From Nitrospirota bacterium (GTDB lineage Bacteria > Nitrospirota > UBA9217): a stretch of DNA of 64,000 bases. Within the stretch, counting starts at the first letter, position 1. Every line of letters starts with the position of its first letter. The stretch is from positions 13,969 through 77,968 of the forward strand of contig JAOUEV010000008.1 of the NCBI GenBank assembly GCA_029858565.1. The letters run 5' to 3'. Shown piece by piece: positions 56,139 through 64,000 of this stretch. The position numbers were made by a program, and so were the translations under genes. The notes under the pieces were generated by a model. The model saw only the letters and a list, made by a program, of their open reading frames with translations. It made no database searches and was not told the origin of the DNA.

Positions 56139-57442
56139 TACTGTTCCATCCTTATCACCATCGTGGGCCCGCCCACGCAGTCCATCTTATTGATCTCGTC
56201 AAGGGCCACGCGCACATTGCGCTCCAAAGCTTCGTGGGTCATCATCACGAGCGGAACAGCCTGTTCTTCTTTCCTGCCCTTCTGGATCATGGACTCGATG
56301 CTGATGTTGTGCTTGCCCAGCACTCCGGAGATCTTCGACAATACACCGGGCTTGTCAATGGCGGAGAAGCGGAGATAGTAGCACGAGGTGATATCGTCCA
56401 TCTTCCTGATCTTGAGCTGCGAACGCTCGCGGAACGCCGCCACCGGCATGCGGTTGCCGCTGCCCGAAATAATGTCCCGGCCGATGTCCATGACATCGGC
56501 AACCACCGCGCTGCCCGTGGGCATATCGCCGGCGCCCCTGCCGTAGAAGAGCGTGTTCCCCACGGCGTTGCCTTTCACGAACAGCGCGTTGAACACGCCG
56601 TCCACGGTGGCGACCGGGAAATCGCCGGGGATCATCGTTGGATGGACCCGCGCTTCGATCTCGTTGTTCACCATCTTGGTGATGGCGAGAAGTTTTATCT
56701 TATACCCCAGGTCCTTGGCGAACTCGATGTCTATGGGCGTGATCTTCGAGATGCCCTCGGTGTAGATGTCTTCGAACCTCACCGGCGTGCCAAAAGCAAG
56801 CATGGTCAGCACCGCGAGCTTGTGCGCCGAATCAATGCCCTCGATGTCAAAGGTCGGGTCCGCTTCCGCGTAGCCCTTTGCCTGGGCCTCTTTCAGCACC
56901 TCGTCGAATTTCCGGCCCTCGTTCGTCATGAGCGTCAGGATGTAGTTGCACGTCCCGTTCACGATGCCGTAGATCGATTCGATGCGGTTCGCGGCAAGAC
57001 CTTCCCTGAGCGATTTAAGGATCGGAATGCCGCCGGCAACCGAGGCTTCGTACCCAACGGTCACCCCCGCCTTCTCAGCAGCCGCATAGATCTCCTCGCC
57101 ATGGACCGCCAGGAGCGCCTTGTTGGCCGTTACCACGTGCTTCTTGTTCTTGATCGCCTCAAGGATGAACTCCTTGGCTGGTTTATACCCGCCGATGAGC
57201 TCGATCACGATATCGATCTCAGGGTCCGTGATGATATCCTTGGCATCAGTGGTGATCTTCACATCACCGAGCTTGATGCCCCGGTCGCGCTTCACATCGA
57301 GGTCAGAGATCTTCTTGAGAATTACAGGAACGCCGAGCCGGCGCTTGATGATGTCCGCGTTTTCCAGAAGGATGCGTGCCGTGCCTGTGCCGACGGTGCC
57401 GAAACCGATGATGCCCACATTGATGCTGTTCTTCGTTGCCAT
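56138..57442 (-). CDS. hom: Homoserine dehydrogenase
   Basis: GFGTVG, VVTANKA, NGTCNYIL, GYAEADP, C-terminal ACT domain. Confidence 0.96.
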   Translation of the reverse strand: MATKNSINVGIIGFGTVGTGTARILLENADIIKRRLGVPVILKKISDLDVKRDRGIKLGDVKITTDAKDIITDPEIDIVIELIGGYKPAKEFILEAIKNKKHVVTANKALLAVHGEEIYAAAEKAGVTVGYEASVAGGIPILKSLREGLAANRIESIYGIVNGTCNYILTLMTNEGRKFDEVLKEAQAKGYAEADPTFDIEGIDSAHKLAVLTMLAFGTPVRFEDIYTEGISKITPIDIEFAKDLGYKIKLLAITKMVNNEIEARVHPTMIPGDFPVATVDGVFNALFVKGNAVGNTLFYGRGAGDMPTGSAVVADVMDIGRDIISGSGNRMPVAAFRERSQLKIRKMDDITSCYYLRFSAIDKPGVLSKISGVLGKHNISIESMIQKGRKEEQAVPLVMMTHEALERNVRVALDEINKMDCVGGPTMVIRMEQ

Positions 57443-57571
57443 GATCTCTCCGTAATGTTATTGGTAGGAACCGCCTGATTCCGTTGAATCGAAAAGTCTT
57501 TCAATCCCCTTGTTTTTTCGATGGTTTTCAGCAGGTTCCGAAGCACGAGGACTGCAGAAAGAATAAAGGTG

Positions 57572-57601
57572 ATATTAAAACACCCTCCCCTGCTTTGTCA
57601 A
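57572..57601 (-). promoter_or_regulatory. Sigma-70 promoter for the hom operon
   Basis: Minus strand TTGACA-18 bp-TAATAT. Confidence 0.45.
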
Positions 57602-57671
57602 TATAAATTCCCAGTTTGAGGAAAGGAAATCATTGGGAAATTGGGAGGTTAGAGGGAAGGTCAGAAATAGA

Positions 57672-57971
57672 TCAAGGCAGTTTCAGAAGTCGTTCACCAC
57701 GCCAGACACGGACTACTCGGACTCTATTTCGGTCATGCCGGCAAACAATTCTAAACGGAGGATAGATGATTTCCCGCAGATGTTCAACCTTGAACTCCGG
57801 CACCACGCGGCCAGACCGAGGATGAGAGCTCAAGCGCTCCACCCGCGAAATGATCTCTCCGGTCAGACGCGTACCGACCTCGGGCAGCCCTTCGCGCGAA
57901 TAATATGCCAGCAGGTCTTCAAGGTCCCTGATTGCGGATTCCGCGAAGGTTATTTTTGCCTTTTCTGCCAT
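57672..57971 (-). CDS. RelE/ParE family toxin
   Basis: ITFAESAIRDLEDL, HPRSGRVVPE, LREII, VVRVWR. Confidence 0.85.
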   Translation of the reverse strand: MAEKAKITFAESAIRDLEDLLAYYSREGLPEVGTRLTGEIISRVERLSSHPRSGRVVPEFKVEHLREIIYPPFRIVCRHDRNRVRVVRVWRGERLLKLP

Positions 57972-57975
57972 GGGA

Positions 57976-58245
57976 TCACTGCAGTCCAAGTCGCTTCTTT
58001 GCTTCTGACAGGGATACTTCGCGGCATTCCTCAAGGTCCATCAGTCCTTTCACCACGCCCTGCATAAACGCTCGTTCCTCAGTTTCTTCCTCATAGTCCT
58101 TGAGCGCCCGAACTACTGCCACGCCCCGTCCCCTGCTTGTCAGAAGGATCGGACGGTGCGTTTCATTCGCATGCGATACAACCTTGCCGGGATTGACCTT
58201 CAGGTCGCTCAAGGGAATGATATCTTCGGAGAACTTGGTATTCAT
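57976..58245 (-). CDS. Phd/YefM family antitoxin
   Basis: IIPLSDLK, RPILLTSRGRGVAVV; upstream of the toxin; GGAGG RBS. Confidence 0.87.
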   Translation of the reverse strand: MNTKFSEDIIPLSDLKVNPGKVVSHANETHRPILLTSRGRGVAVVRALKDYEEETEERAFMQGVVKGLMDLEECREVSLSEAKKRLGLQ

Positions 58246-58418
58246 AGGACCTCCTAACAGGTATCGCAAACAGGTCTTATTATAGCACTTATTGGAAGGG
58301 ATGTATATAGGATCGTCCGGCGAGCGCTGCACATGATGAGGGTACGCTGCGCGAGATCAAAACTCAAAATGCCGTCGGGTTTCGCGGCGCTCAACCTCAT
58401 CCACGCTTCCCTCCAGCC

Positions 58419-58556
58419 TTACACTCCGTCAGAATGGTGAAATACCTGGATATCCTTGAGCACATCGCTTTTATCAAAAAGCCATGAAGCAGAAACCAAA
58501 TTGCCCGCAAGAAAACAATTGCGAGCCCACCCATATGATGCAAATGTCGTAATCAT
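58419..58556 (-). CDS. Possible 45-aa small protein
   Basis: Manual translation MITTFASYGWARNCFLAGNLVSASWLFDKSDVLKDIQVFHHSDGV*, preceded by AGGAG. Confidence 0.25.
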   Translation of the reverse strand: MITTFASYGWARNCFLAGNLVSASWLFDKSDVLKDIQVFHHSDGV

Positions 58557-58762
58557 GGCATGATCTCCTAGCTCCTTGCGCGTGCCCGGGAAAACCTTTT
58601 CGTTTTTTAAGTCATTTTCGTATTTGTAGACGTTATTAATGCATTTTTTGCCCGGTAATATGTAATTCGTGGGAAGAGTATATGGTATGCCTTATGGTGA
58701 GTCAAGACCATTTTGCACAGATATCCTTAAATCGGCCTGTTACTCCCGGGGCGGGCGTGTTC

Positions 58763-60358
58763 TCAGAATTTCTTTTCTTTTTGCAATTCATCCCTAAACT
58801 CATCAACCTGCTGTTTCATCTCTTCCTTGCTCCACTTCAGTTCCTTTGCTGCAAAGGCGGCAATCAAGTCAATCTGCTGTTCACCTCGACGGGTCGTAAT
58901 TCCAAGGTGCATCCGCCGCAGAACGATATCGCAGAGCGTCTTTGCACCCTCTTCGCGGACACCGTAGAGCACCTGGGCATGGATGTCCCTGCACTCCAGC
59001 GAGATGGGTTCGGCGAGCCTTGGGTCCTCTTTTGTGATTTCAAGTACCTTCTCCGCCCGTGCGCCATAATAATGAATGAGGTGACGCACTGTTTCTGCGC
59101 TGACCTTGTATCGTTCGGACAACTGCGGGACCGTTTCTTTCAAATATTCAGCAAGCTCCACCGGAAGACTACCGGCTAGCGGCCGCGTCGCGGTAGTACA
59201 AGCTACCCTACTACCCAACTTGCTGCACGCCGCATCGACCACATCCTCAGCCATGTTCCGATAGGTCGTATACTTGCCGCCGGCTATGGTGATGATCCTA
59301 GCGGCCCTTCCTTCGGCGATCACCCGGTGCTTGCGCGATATTTTGCTCTCTTTCTCCCCTGCGAAGGCAAGAGGCCTGATACCCGCGTAGGTGTAAAGAA
59401 TGGACTCTCTTGTCAGATTCAATCCTGGCAGGACCCGTCTGCTTTCGGTAAGGAGATAATCCACGTCATCACTGTCCGCATGGACCTCATTCAGATCACC
59501 GTCGTACTTTGTATCGGTCGTGCCGATGAGCGACCATTGGTCCATGGGAATGATGAAGAACATCCTGCCGTCCTTTGACGCAATGAACAGCGACTGTTCG
59601 GACAGTTTGGGCAAGACAAGATGGATCCCCTTGGTCGGATTGATGATCTTTACCCGGTCGATGCCGCCTGCCTTCCGCACCTGGTCCACCCAGGGGCCGC
59701 CTGCGTTGACCAGGACCTTTGAACGGAATGACTCAGTCGTGCCGGACAGTCCGTCACGCGCGGTCACCACAACGCCGTCACCGGTTTCCTCGATCTTCTC
59801 GGCGCTCATATGACTCCGTACGACCGCCCCTGCCTCACGGGCCGCGATGATATTCTCGATCACCAGCCGTTCAGGCATGATGATCTGGTGGTCATAGAAC
59901 AGGGCTGAGCCTTTGAGCCCTTCCCTGTTCAACCGGGACTCAAGGGACAGGGTCTTTTCCAATCCCGCGGTAAAGTAATGGGGAATGTCTTTTTCCCGGG
60001 AAAGCAGTTCATAAAGATGTATGCCCACGGATATGGCAGCTCTGCCATGAGGATCGTGCTTGTAGATGGGGATCAGGATCGGCATGGGCGTGATGAGGTA
60101 CGGGCACTGGCGCCGCAGGATCGCGCGCTCACGAAGCGCCTCGGCCACAAGGTCGATCTCGAAATTCGCCAGGTACCGCAAGCCGCCGTGCACCAGCCGC
60201 GTGGTCTTTGACGAGACGCCGGATGCGTAGTCCCGCTTTTCCAGGAGCAGCACGGACAGGCCCCGCAAAGCCGCGTCCCGCGCCACTCCCGCGCCGGTGA
60301 TGCCCCCGCCGATGACGATGAGGTCGAAGTTCCTGTTTTGCTCATTGCTGACGGGCAT
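58763..60358 (-). CDS. glpD: FAD-dependent glycerol-3-phosphate dehydrogenase
   Basis: IGGGITGAG, DAALRGL, LVHGGLRYL, IGTTD, GGKYTTYR. Confidence 0.9.
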   Translation of the reverse strand: MPVSNEQNRNFDLIVIGGGITGAGVARDAALRGLSVLLLEKRDYASGVSSKTTRLVHGGLRYLANFEIDLVAEALRERAILRRQCPYLITPMPILIPIYKHDPHGRAAISVGIHLYELLSREKDIPHYFTAGLEKTLSLESRLNREGLKGSALFYDHQIIMPERLVIENIIAAREAGAVVRSHMSAEKIEETGDGVVVTARDGLSGTTESFRSKVLVNAGGPWVDQVRKAGGIDRVKIINPTKGIHLVLPKLSEQSLFIASKDGRMFFIIPMDQWSLIGTTDTKYDGDLNEVHADSDDVDYLLTESRRVLPGLNLTRESILYTYAGIRPLAFAGEKESKISRKHRVIAEGRAARIITIAGGKYTTYRNMAEDVVDAACSKLGSRVACTTATRPLAGSLPVELAEYLKETVPQLSERYKVSAETVRHLIHYYGARAEKVLEITKEDPRLAEPISLECRDIHAQVLYGVREEGAKTLCDIVLRRMHLGITTRRGEQQIDLIAAFAAKELKWSKEEMKQQVDEFRDELQKEKKF

Positions 60359-60646
60359 TTGTCGCATCTCCCTGCCGCTCCCCTTTCGGATGGAACGTAT
60401 TTGCCGGAATGTACCGCATGGTTCGACGGCGAATTAACACGAGTAAACTACATAAGGTAGGCATATTGTAACAGAAAGCGGAACGTTTGCATCCTGAACT
60501 TCGCCGCAGTTTGCATATTGACGAAAACAAAAGCTGTTTTCTCATGAATGCAAATCTAAAAATCTCACATCTTCTGAAAAATCAGCTGGTTAGTCTTTGG
60601 CATAGGTGATGCATATACTATTGCAGCAGTTTAAAAAGGGGGAGCC

Positions 60647-60946
60647 ATGGATACATCGATGGCAAAGCAAGGTGCCTATTTTGGCGCCAGTGCAGGACTG
60701 ACCATTTTCGGACTTTTTGGACTGATGCCGAGTTGCCTTCTGGGCGGAGCCATGGGCTTGACGATCGCGGGGATGATTTCCAGTATCCCCGTGGAACCCG
60801 GCATCCTGGCGCGCATGATCGTTCTCGTATCCATGCTCGCGGGGGCCGTCGTATTCGGCATCCTGATCGTGACGGCTGCCGCCTGTCTCGGCGGGATCAT
60901 CGGTTCCATCGTCGCGCCACGCCCGCCCGATCGCCTGACGCCATAA
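60647..60946 (+). CDS. Small membrane protein
   Basis: Gly-rich hydrophobic 99-aa ORF with GGGGGAG RBS. Confidence 0.65.
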   Translation: MDTSMAKQGAYFGASAGLTIFGLFGLMPSCLLGGAMGLTIAGMISSIPVEPGILARMIVLVSMLAGAVVFGILIVTAAACLGGIIGSIVAPRPPDRLTP

Positions 60947-61136
60947 TAACAACGAATACGGACAACCGGGGAAAGGAGGGCCGGCATAAAGCAGTCAACG
61001 GGAATGAAGAACGGCATACCGCGGGCAGGGTCGAGCATTTCCACATTCTCGACGCCGCCCCTGATCCGAGGATGCAGGAGCGCAATCATCGAGCGATACA
61101 ATCGCCGACCAACACACACGAGGAGGAGGGCTGTGC

Positions 61137-61946
61137 ATGAATAAGAAACTGGTGATCGGATTGTTGATTTTTTCCGTAGTTATGATCGGAGCGTATGCGT
61201 ATCTCAGCACGGTGGTATTTCAGGACCCGCAGTTCTGCACCGCCTGTCATTTTGTCGTTCCCTACTACAAGAAATGGGAGACGTCCACCCACAATAAAGT
61301 ACCGTGTCTGAAATGCCATGAATACTCCGCCGAGCGCGCGCTTTCGGCGCAATTCATGTTCATGTCCAGAGCGGTCAATCCCCGCCCGCTCACGAACGTG
61401 CCGGACAAGAACTGCCTCCAGGCCGGATGTCATGACAAGCGACTGGTCGAATCGAAAGTGACGTTCACGAAACAGGGGATCAATTTCGATCATAAGCCGC
61501 ACTTTACGCAATCAAAACGGGGAATCAACCTGCATTGCCGGAGCTGCCATTCCGATATCGTGCAGGGAGAGCATTTGAAGGTTTCGATGAATGTCTGCTA
61601 CCTCTGCCATTTCAAAGGGGTGCCCCATGACCAGGCGCAGACGGGATGTCCGTCATGCCATTCAGCGCCTGCCAAGGACATTACCTACAAAGGCAAGCCT
61701 TTCTCTCATGCGGCCGCGCTGAAAGCAGGCCGCAAATGCAAAACCTGCCACATCGAGATCTCAAAAGGCGACGGGGTGACGCCCCGGGACAAGTGCTTCT
61801 TCTGCCATGTGGACAGGGTCGAGAAGTATTCCGAAGTCAACCTGATCCACACCAAGCACGTGTCGGAAAAGCAGATCGACTGCCTGTACTGTCACTCAAA
61901 GATCGAGCACGGGAAGATCAAAATGGCAGACAAGATGCCGATCTAG
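61137..61946 (+). CDS. Membrane-anchored multiheme cytochrome c (NapC/NirT-like N-terminus)
   Basis: N-terminal TM helix; 8 CxxCH motifs plus one CX4CH (CLQAGCH). Confidence 0.88.
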   Translation: MNKKLVIGLLIFSVVMIGAYAYLSTVVFQDPQFCTACHFVVPYYKKWETSTHNKVPCLKCHEYSAERALSAQFMFMSRAVNPRPLTNVPDKNCLQAGCHDKRLVESKVTFTKQGINFDHKPHFTQSKRGINLHCRSCHSDIVQGEHLKVSMNVCYLCHFKGVPHDQAQTGCPSCHSAPAKDITYKGKPFSHAAALKAGRKCKTCHIEISKGDGVTPRDKCFFCHVDRVEKYSEVNLIHTKHVSEKQIDCLYCHSKIEHGKIKMADKMPI

Positions 61947-61972
61947 ACGGACCGCGAAAGGTTTGGAAACAG

Positions 61973-62018
61973 AAAGGGCCGTCATTGGCCGGGCACTCGC
62001 CCCCATGACGGCCTTTTT
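61973..62018. terminator. Bidirectional terminator-like hairpin
   Basis: AAAGGGCCGTCAT ... ATGACGGCCTTTTT between convergent genes. Confidence 0.6.
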
Positions 62019-62047
62019 CATATTGATCAACAGAATGCCGAGAAGCA

Positions 62048-62752
62048 TCATGACTCTCGGGAATAACGTTCCACGACCTTCTTCAACACCGCCGGCTTGT
62101 TGCTGTAGATCCCGTCAACACCCCAACTGATCAGTTTCATCATTTCTTCTTCTTCATCAACGGTCCAGACATAGATCTTGATGCTCCGGTCGTGCAGCGC
62201 GAAAACCAGGTCCTCCGTCACCGCCTGTCGTCTCAGGCTTATGAAGCTGTAGCCCATCTTCTTATACACGCTTACCTCGGAAACCGAAAAGTCGTCGAAG
62301 ATCCCGGCAACCGGGACATTCGGCAGCACCCGCTTGACATCGAGCACTTCCCGTTCCTTGAACGAGGAGATCAATATTTCCCCCTTGTATCCCGATCCGG
62401 CCACATGCGCGGCGGTCAATGCTCCCGATCCGTCGCTCTTCACTTCGATGTTCAGGCCTACTCGACCGGCGGCCAGGGAGAGCACATCGTTCAGCGTCGG
62501 GACCGGTTCGCCGTTCCTGAGCTTTATTTTCGCGATATCCGTGGAAAGGGATCTTTCGATATCGATATCGCTGTCGCAGGTCTTGCCCGTCCGCTCGTCG
62601 TGCATGACGTACAGAAGGTTATCCCTGCTCCTGCGGATATCGAACTCGATCATATCCACCGGCAGGGACAAGGCAAGACGGAATGCTTCAAGGGAATTTT
62701 CCAGAGCGCGGGAGGAATATCCCCGGTGAGCGATGATGAGGGGTTTTAACAT
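62048..62752 (-). CDS. Glycerophosphodiester phosphodiesterase
   Basis: IAHRG, ENSLEAF, IEFDI, MHD, NIEVK, WTVD, GVDGIYSN. Confidence 0.92.
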   Translation of the reverse strand: MLKPLIIAHRGYSSRALENSLEAFRLALSLPVDMIEFDIRRSRDNLLYVMHDERTGKTCDSDIDIERSLSTDIAKIKLRNGEPVPTLNDVLSLAAGRVGLNIEVKSDGSGALTAAHVAGSGYKGEILISSFKEREVLDVKRVLPNVPVAGIFDDFSVSEVSVYKKMGYSFISLRRQAVTEDLVFALHDRSIKIYVWTVDEEEEMMKLISWGVDGIYSNKPAVLKKVVERYSRES

Positions 62753-62759
62753 GAAGAAC

Positions 62760-62840
62760 AAGGATTAAGAGGATTATAGGATTACAGGATCAATAGTCCT
62801 CTGATCCTGCTTCACCTGATCCTGCTTCATCTAATCCTTT
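62760..62840. repeat. AGGAT/ATCCT inverted short-unit repeat
   Basis: AGGATTAAGAGGATTATAGGATTACAGGATC ... (CTGATCCTGCTTCA)x2 ... AATCCT. Confidence 0.55.
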
Positions 62841-62852
62841 CTCTAGTTTTTC

Positions 62853-63815
62853 TTATTCTTTCGGCCTGACCTTTTCCACGATCCTGTCCTTGATGCTCCT
62901 GATCTGTTCCATGAAGGACTTGGGCATGGCAGCCCTATGGATGGCGCTCCGGATGGCCACCATGCGTTCGAGCGTGGCCAGTTCCCCCTGCCGGATAAGG
63001 CCCCGGGGATCGCTGAAATCGGCCCAATGGACCTTTCCCACCGGAGGATGGATGACCACGTCTGCCTCATCGAGCAGAAGACCGTTCAGGAACACGCGGG
63101 TGACCGCGTCGGCTCGCAGCACAATGTCGAGGCCCGAGGTGTCGTCGAACTTGGACATTTCGCTCGAGACGTCCACGGCGATCACCACGTCCGCGCCCAT
63201 GTCCCGGGCGCAGATGACCGGCACCCGCTCGACCCATCCGCCGTCCACCAGCATCATGTCGTTGTCATTGACCGGCGGAAAGATGCCCGGCAGCGCACAG
63301 CTGGCGCGGATCGCCGTGCGCAGGGACCCGCTGGTGTAGACCACGCGTCTGCCGTTGCAGATATCCGTGGCAACACAGCCAAAGGGGATCTTCGTTTCCT
63401 CAATGGCAATATCCGGGATAATCGGGTTCAGGAACTCCTCGTATTCTTCCTCGGAGATGAACGCCGGCTTGGTGGCGGTGACGCCCCAGAAGTACCCCTT
63501 CCGGATCAGATTTGCCATATCAGCGAAGAATCCATGCTTGTTGTTCTGGGGGCTTTCGAGCCTGCGGATGAATTCGAGGCGGGTCTTGCGCGAACGGAAA
63601 CTGCGAAGATACTGGTCCATGCGCTCGATCCAATAGGCCGCGTCGGGCCGCGATGAATACAGCCCTCCGATGAGCGCGCCCAGACTGGTGCCGGCGATAA
63701 GATCAACGGGCAATTTGGCGTCCTCAAAGACCTTGAGAACACCCAGGTGCGCAAGGCCCCTGGCCGCACCGCCGCCCAACGCCAGGCAGATCCGTGGTTC
63801 TGATGATGGTGTCAT
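62853..63815 (-). CDS. Patatin-like phospholipase
   Basis: LGGGAARG, GTSLG nucleophile motif, DGG. Confidence 0.92.
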   Translation of the reverse strand: MTPSSEPRICLALGGGAARGLAHLGVLKVFEDAKLPVDLIAGTSLGALIGGLYSSRPDAAYWIERMDQYLRSFRSRKTRLEFIRRLESPQNNKHGFFADMANLIRKGYFWGVTATKPAFISEEEYEEFLNPIIPDIAIEETKIPFGCVATDICNGRRVVYTSGSLRTAIRASCALPGIFPPVNDNDMMLVDGGWVERVPVICARDMGADVVIAVDVSSEMSKFDDTSGLDIVLRADAVTRVFLNGLLLDEADVVIHPPVGKVHWADFSDPRGLIRQGELATLERMVAIRSAIHRAAMPKSFMEQIRSIKDRIVEKVRPKE

Positions 63816-64000
63816 AGGTTAGAAGTTGACCCGGTCAACAGCAGGGCCGATGAAATCATAGCATTATCAGCCAAGTCCTGTAAAGGGATTTCACCTGGCC
63901 CAAGCACAGCGATAGGAATCGGATCATGCTTCGCCATGAGGACAAACAGCGGTTTTTTCAGCTGAGGCCCTGTCCTATCGCCCAGTACGTCCGCGCGAGA

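Noticed and set aside
51172-57478. Very long plus-strand ORFs (850 aa and 1212 aa)
   Set aside because: They are antisense shadows of well-supported minus-strand genes in high-GC DNA and have no recognisable motifs.
60950-61130. Riboswitch or ncRNA upstream of the cytochrome gene
   Set aside because: I could not recognise any conserved aptamer motif by eye; an Rfam/Infernal search would be needed.
1-64000. tRNA or rRNA genes
   Set aside because: No cloverleaf or T-loop (GTTCGAATC-type) signature in intergenic space and no rRNA-like sequence was seen.

Overview
Chromosomal window of a GC-rich bacterium. The gene order (hom-sulfur-carrier genes-apgM-ask-cimA, tgl/rodZ, miaA-hfq) and the intergenic heptamer/octamer repeats suggest Nitrospirota or a delta-type lineage; this is inference. 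Positions 640-12454 are a lower-GC, precisely bounded 11.8-kb Mu-like transposable element. It is flanked by a 5-bp target duplication (GTAGA), and removing it restores a split REP-like hairpin. It carries a CI/Ner switch, GemA, Mor, a sigma-70-type factor and a lone tape-measure gene, but no MuB ATPase and no capsid, terminase or other tail genes. Its MuA-type DDE transposase has an OmpR/PhoB-type winged-helix DNA-binding domain fused at the C-terminus. The element sits 21 bp upstream of the Pho-box-like repeat of the pstSCAB-phoU operon, with an 11-bp-phased CTGTCG array on the other flank. This suggests a transposon targeted by a captured transcription-factor domain, with non-canonical TAT...ATA termini. 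The rest of the window is mostly housekeeping: pst/phoU, an arn (L-Ara4N) cluster with a broken flippase gene and an AT-rich insert, mtnA, gcvT-like, copA, rodZ, pilF/tgl-like, pfkB, mtnP, hfq, miaA, terC-family, mutL, three M16 peptidases, dut, an EF-G paralogue, cimA, aspartate kinase, apgM, a CysO/Mec/MoeB/TusA sulfur-relay set, hom, a Phd-RelE/ParE toxin-antitoxin pair, glpD, a multiheme cytochrome c, GDPD and a patatin.
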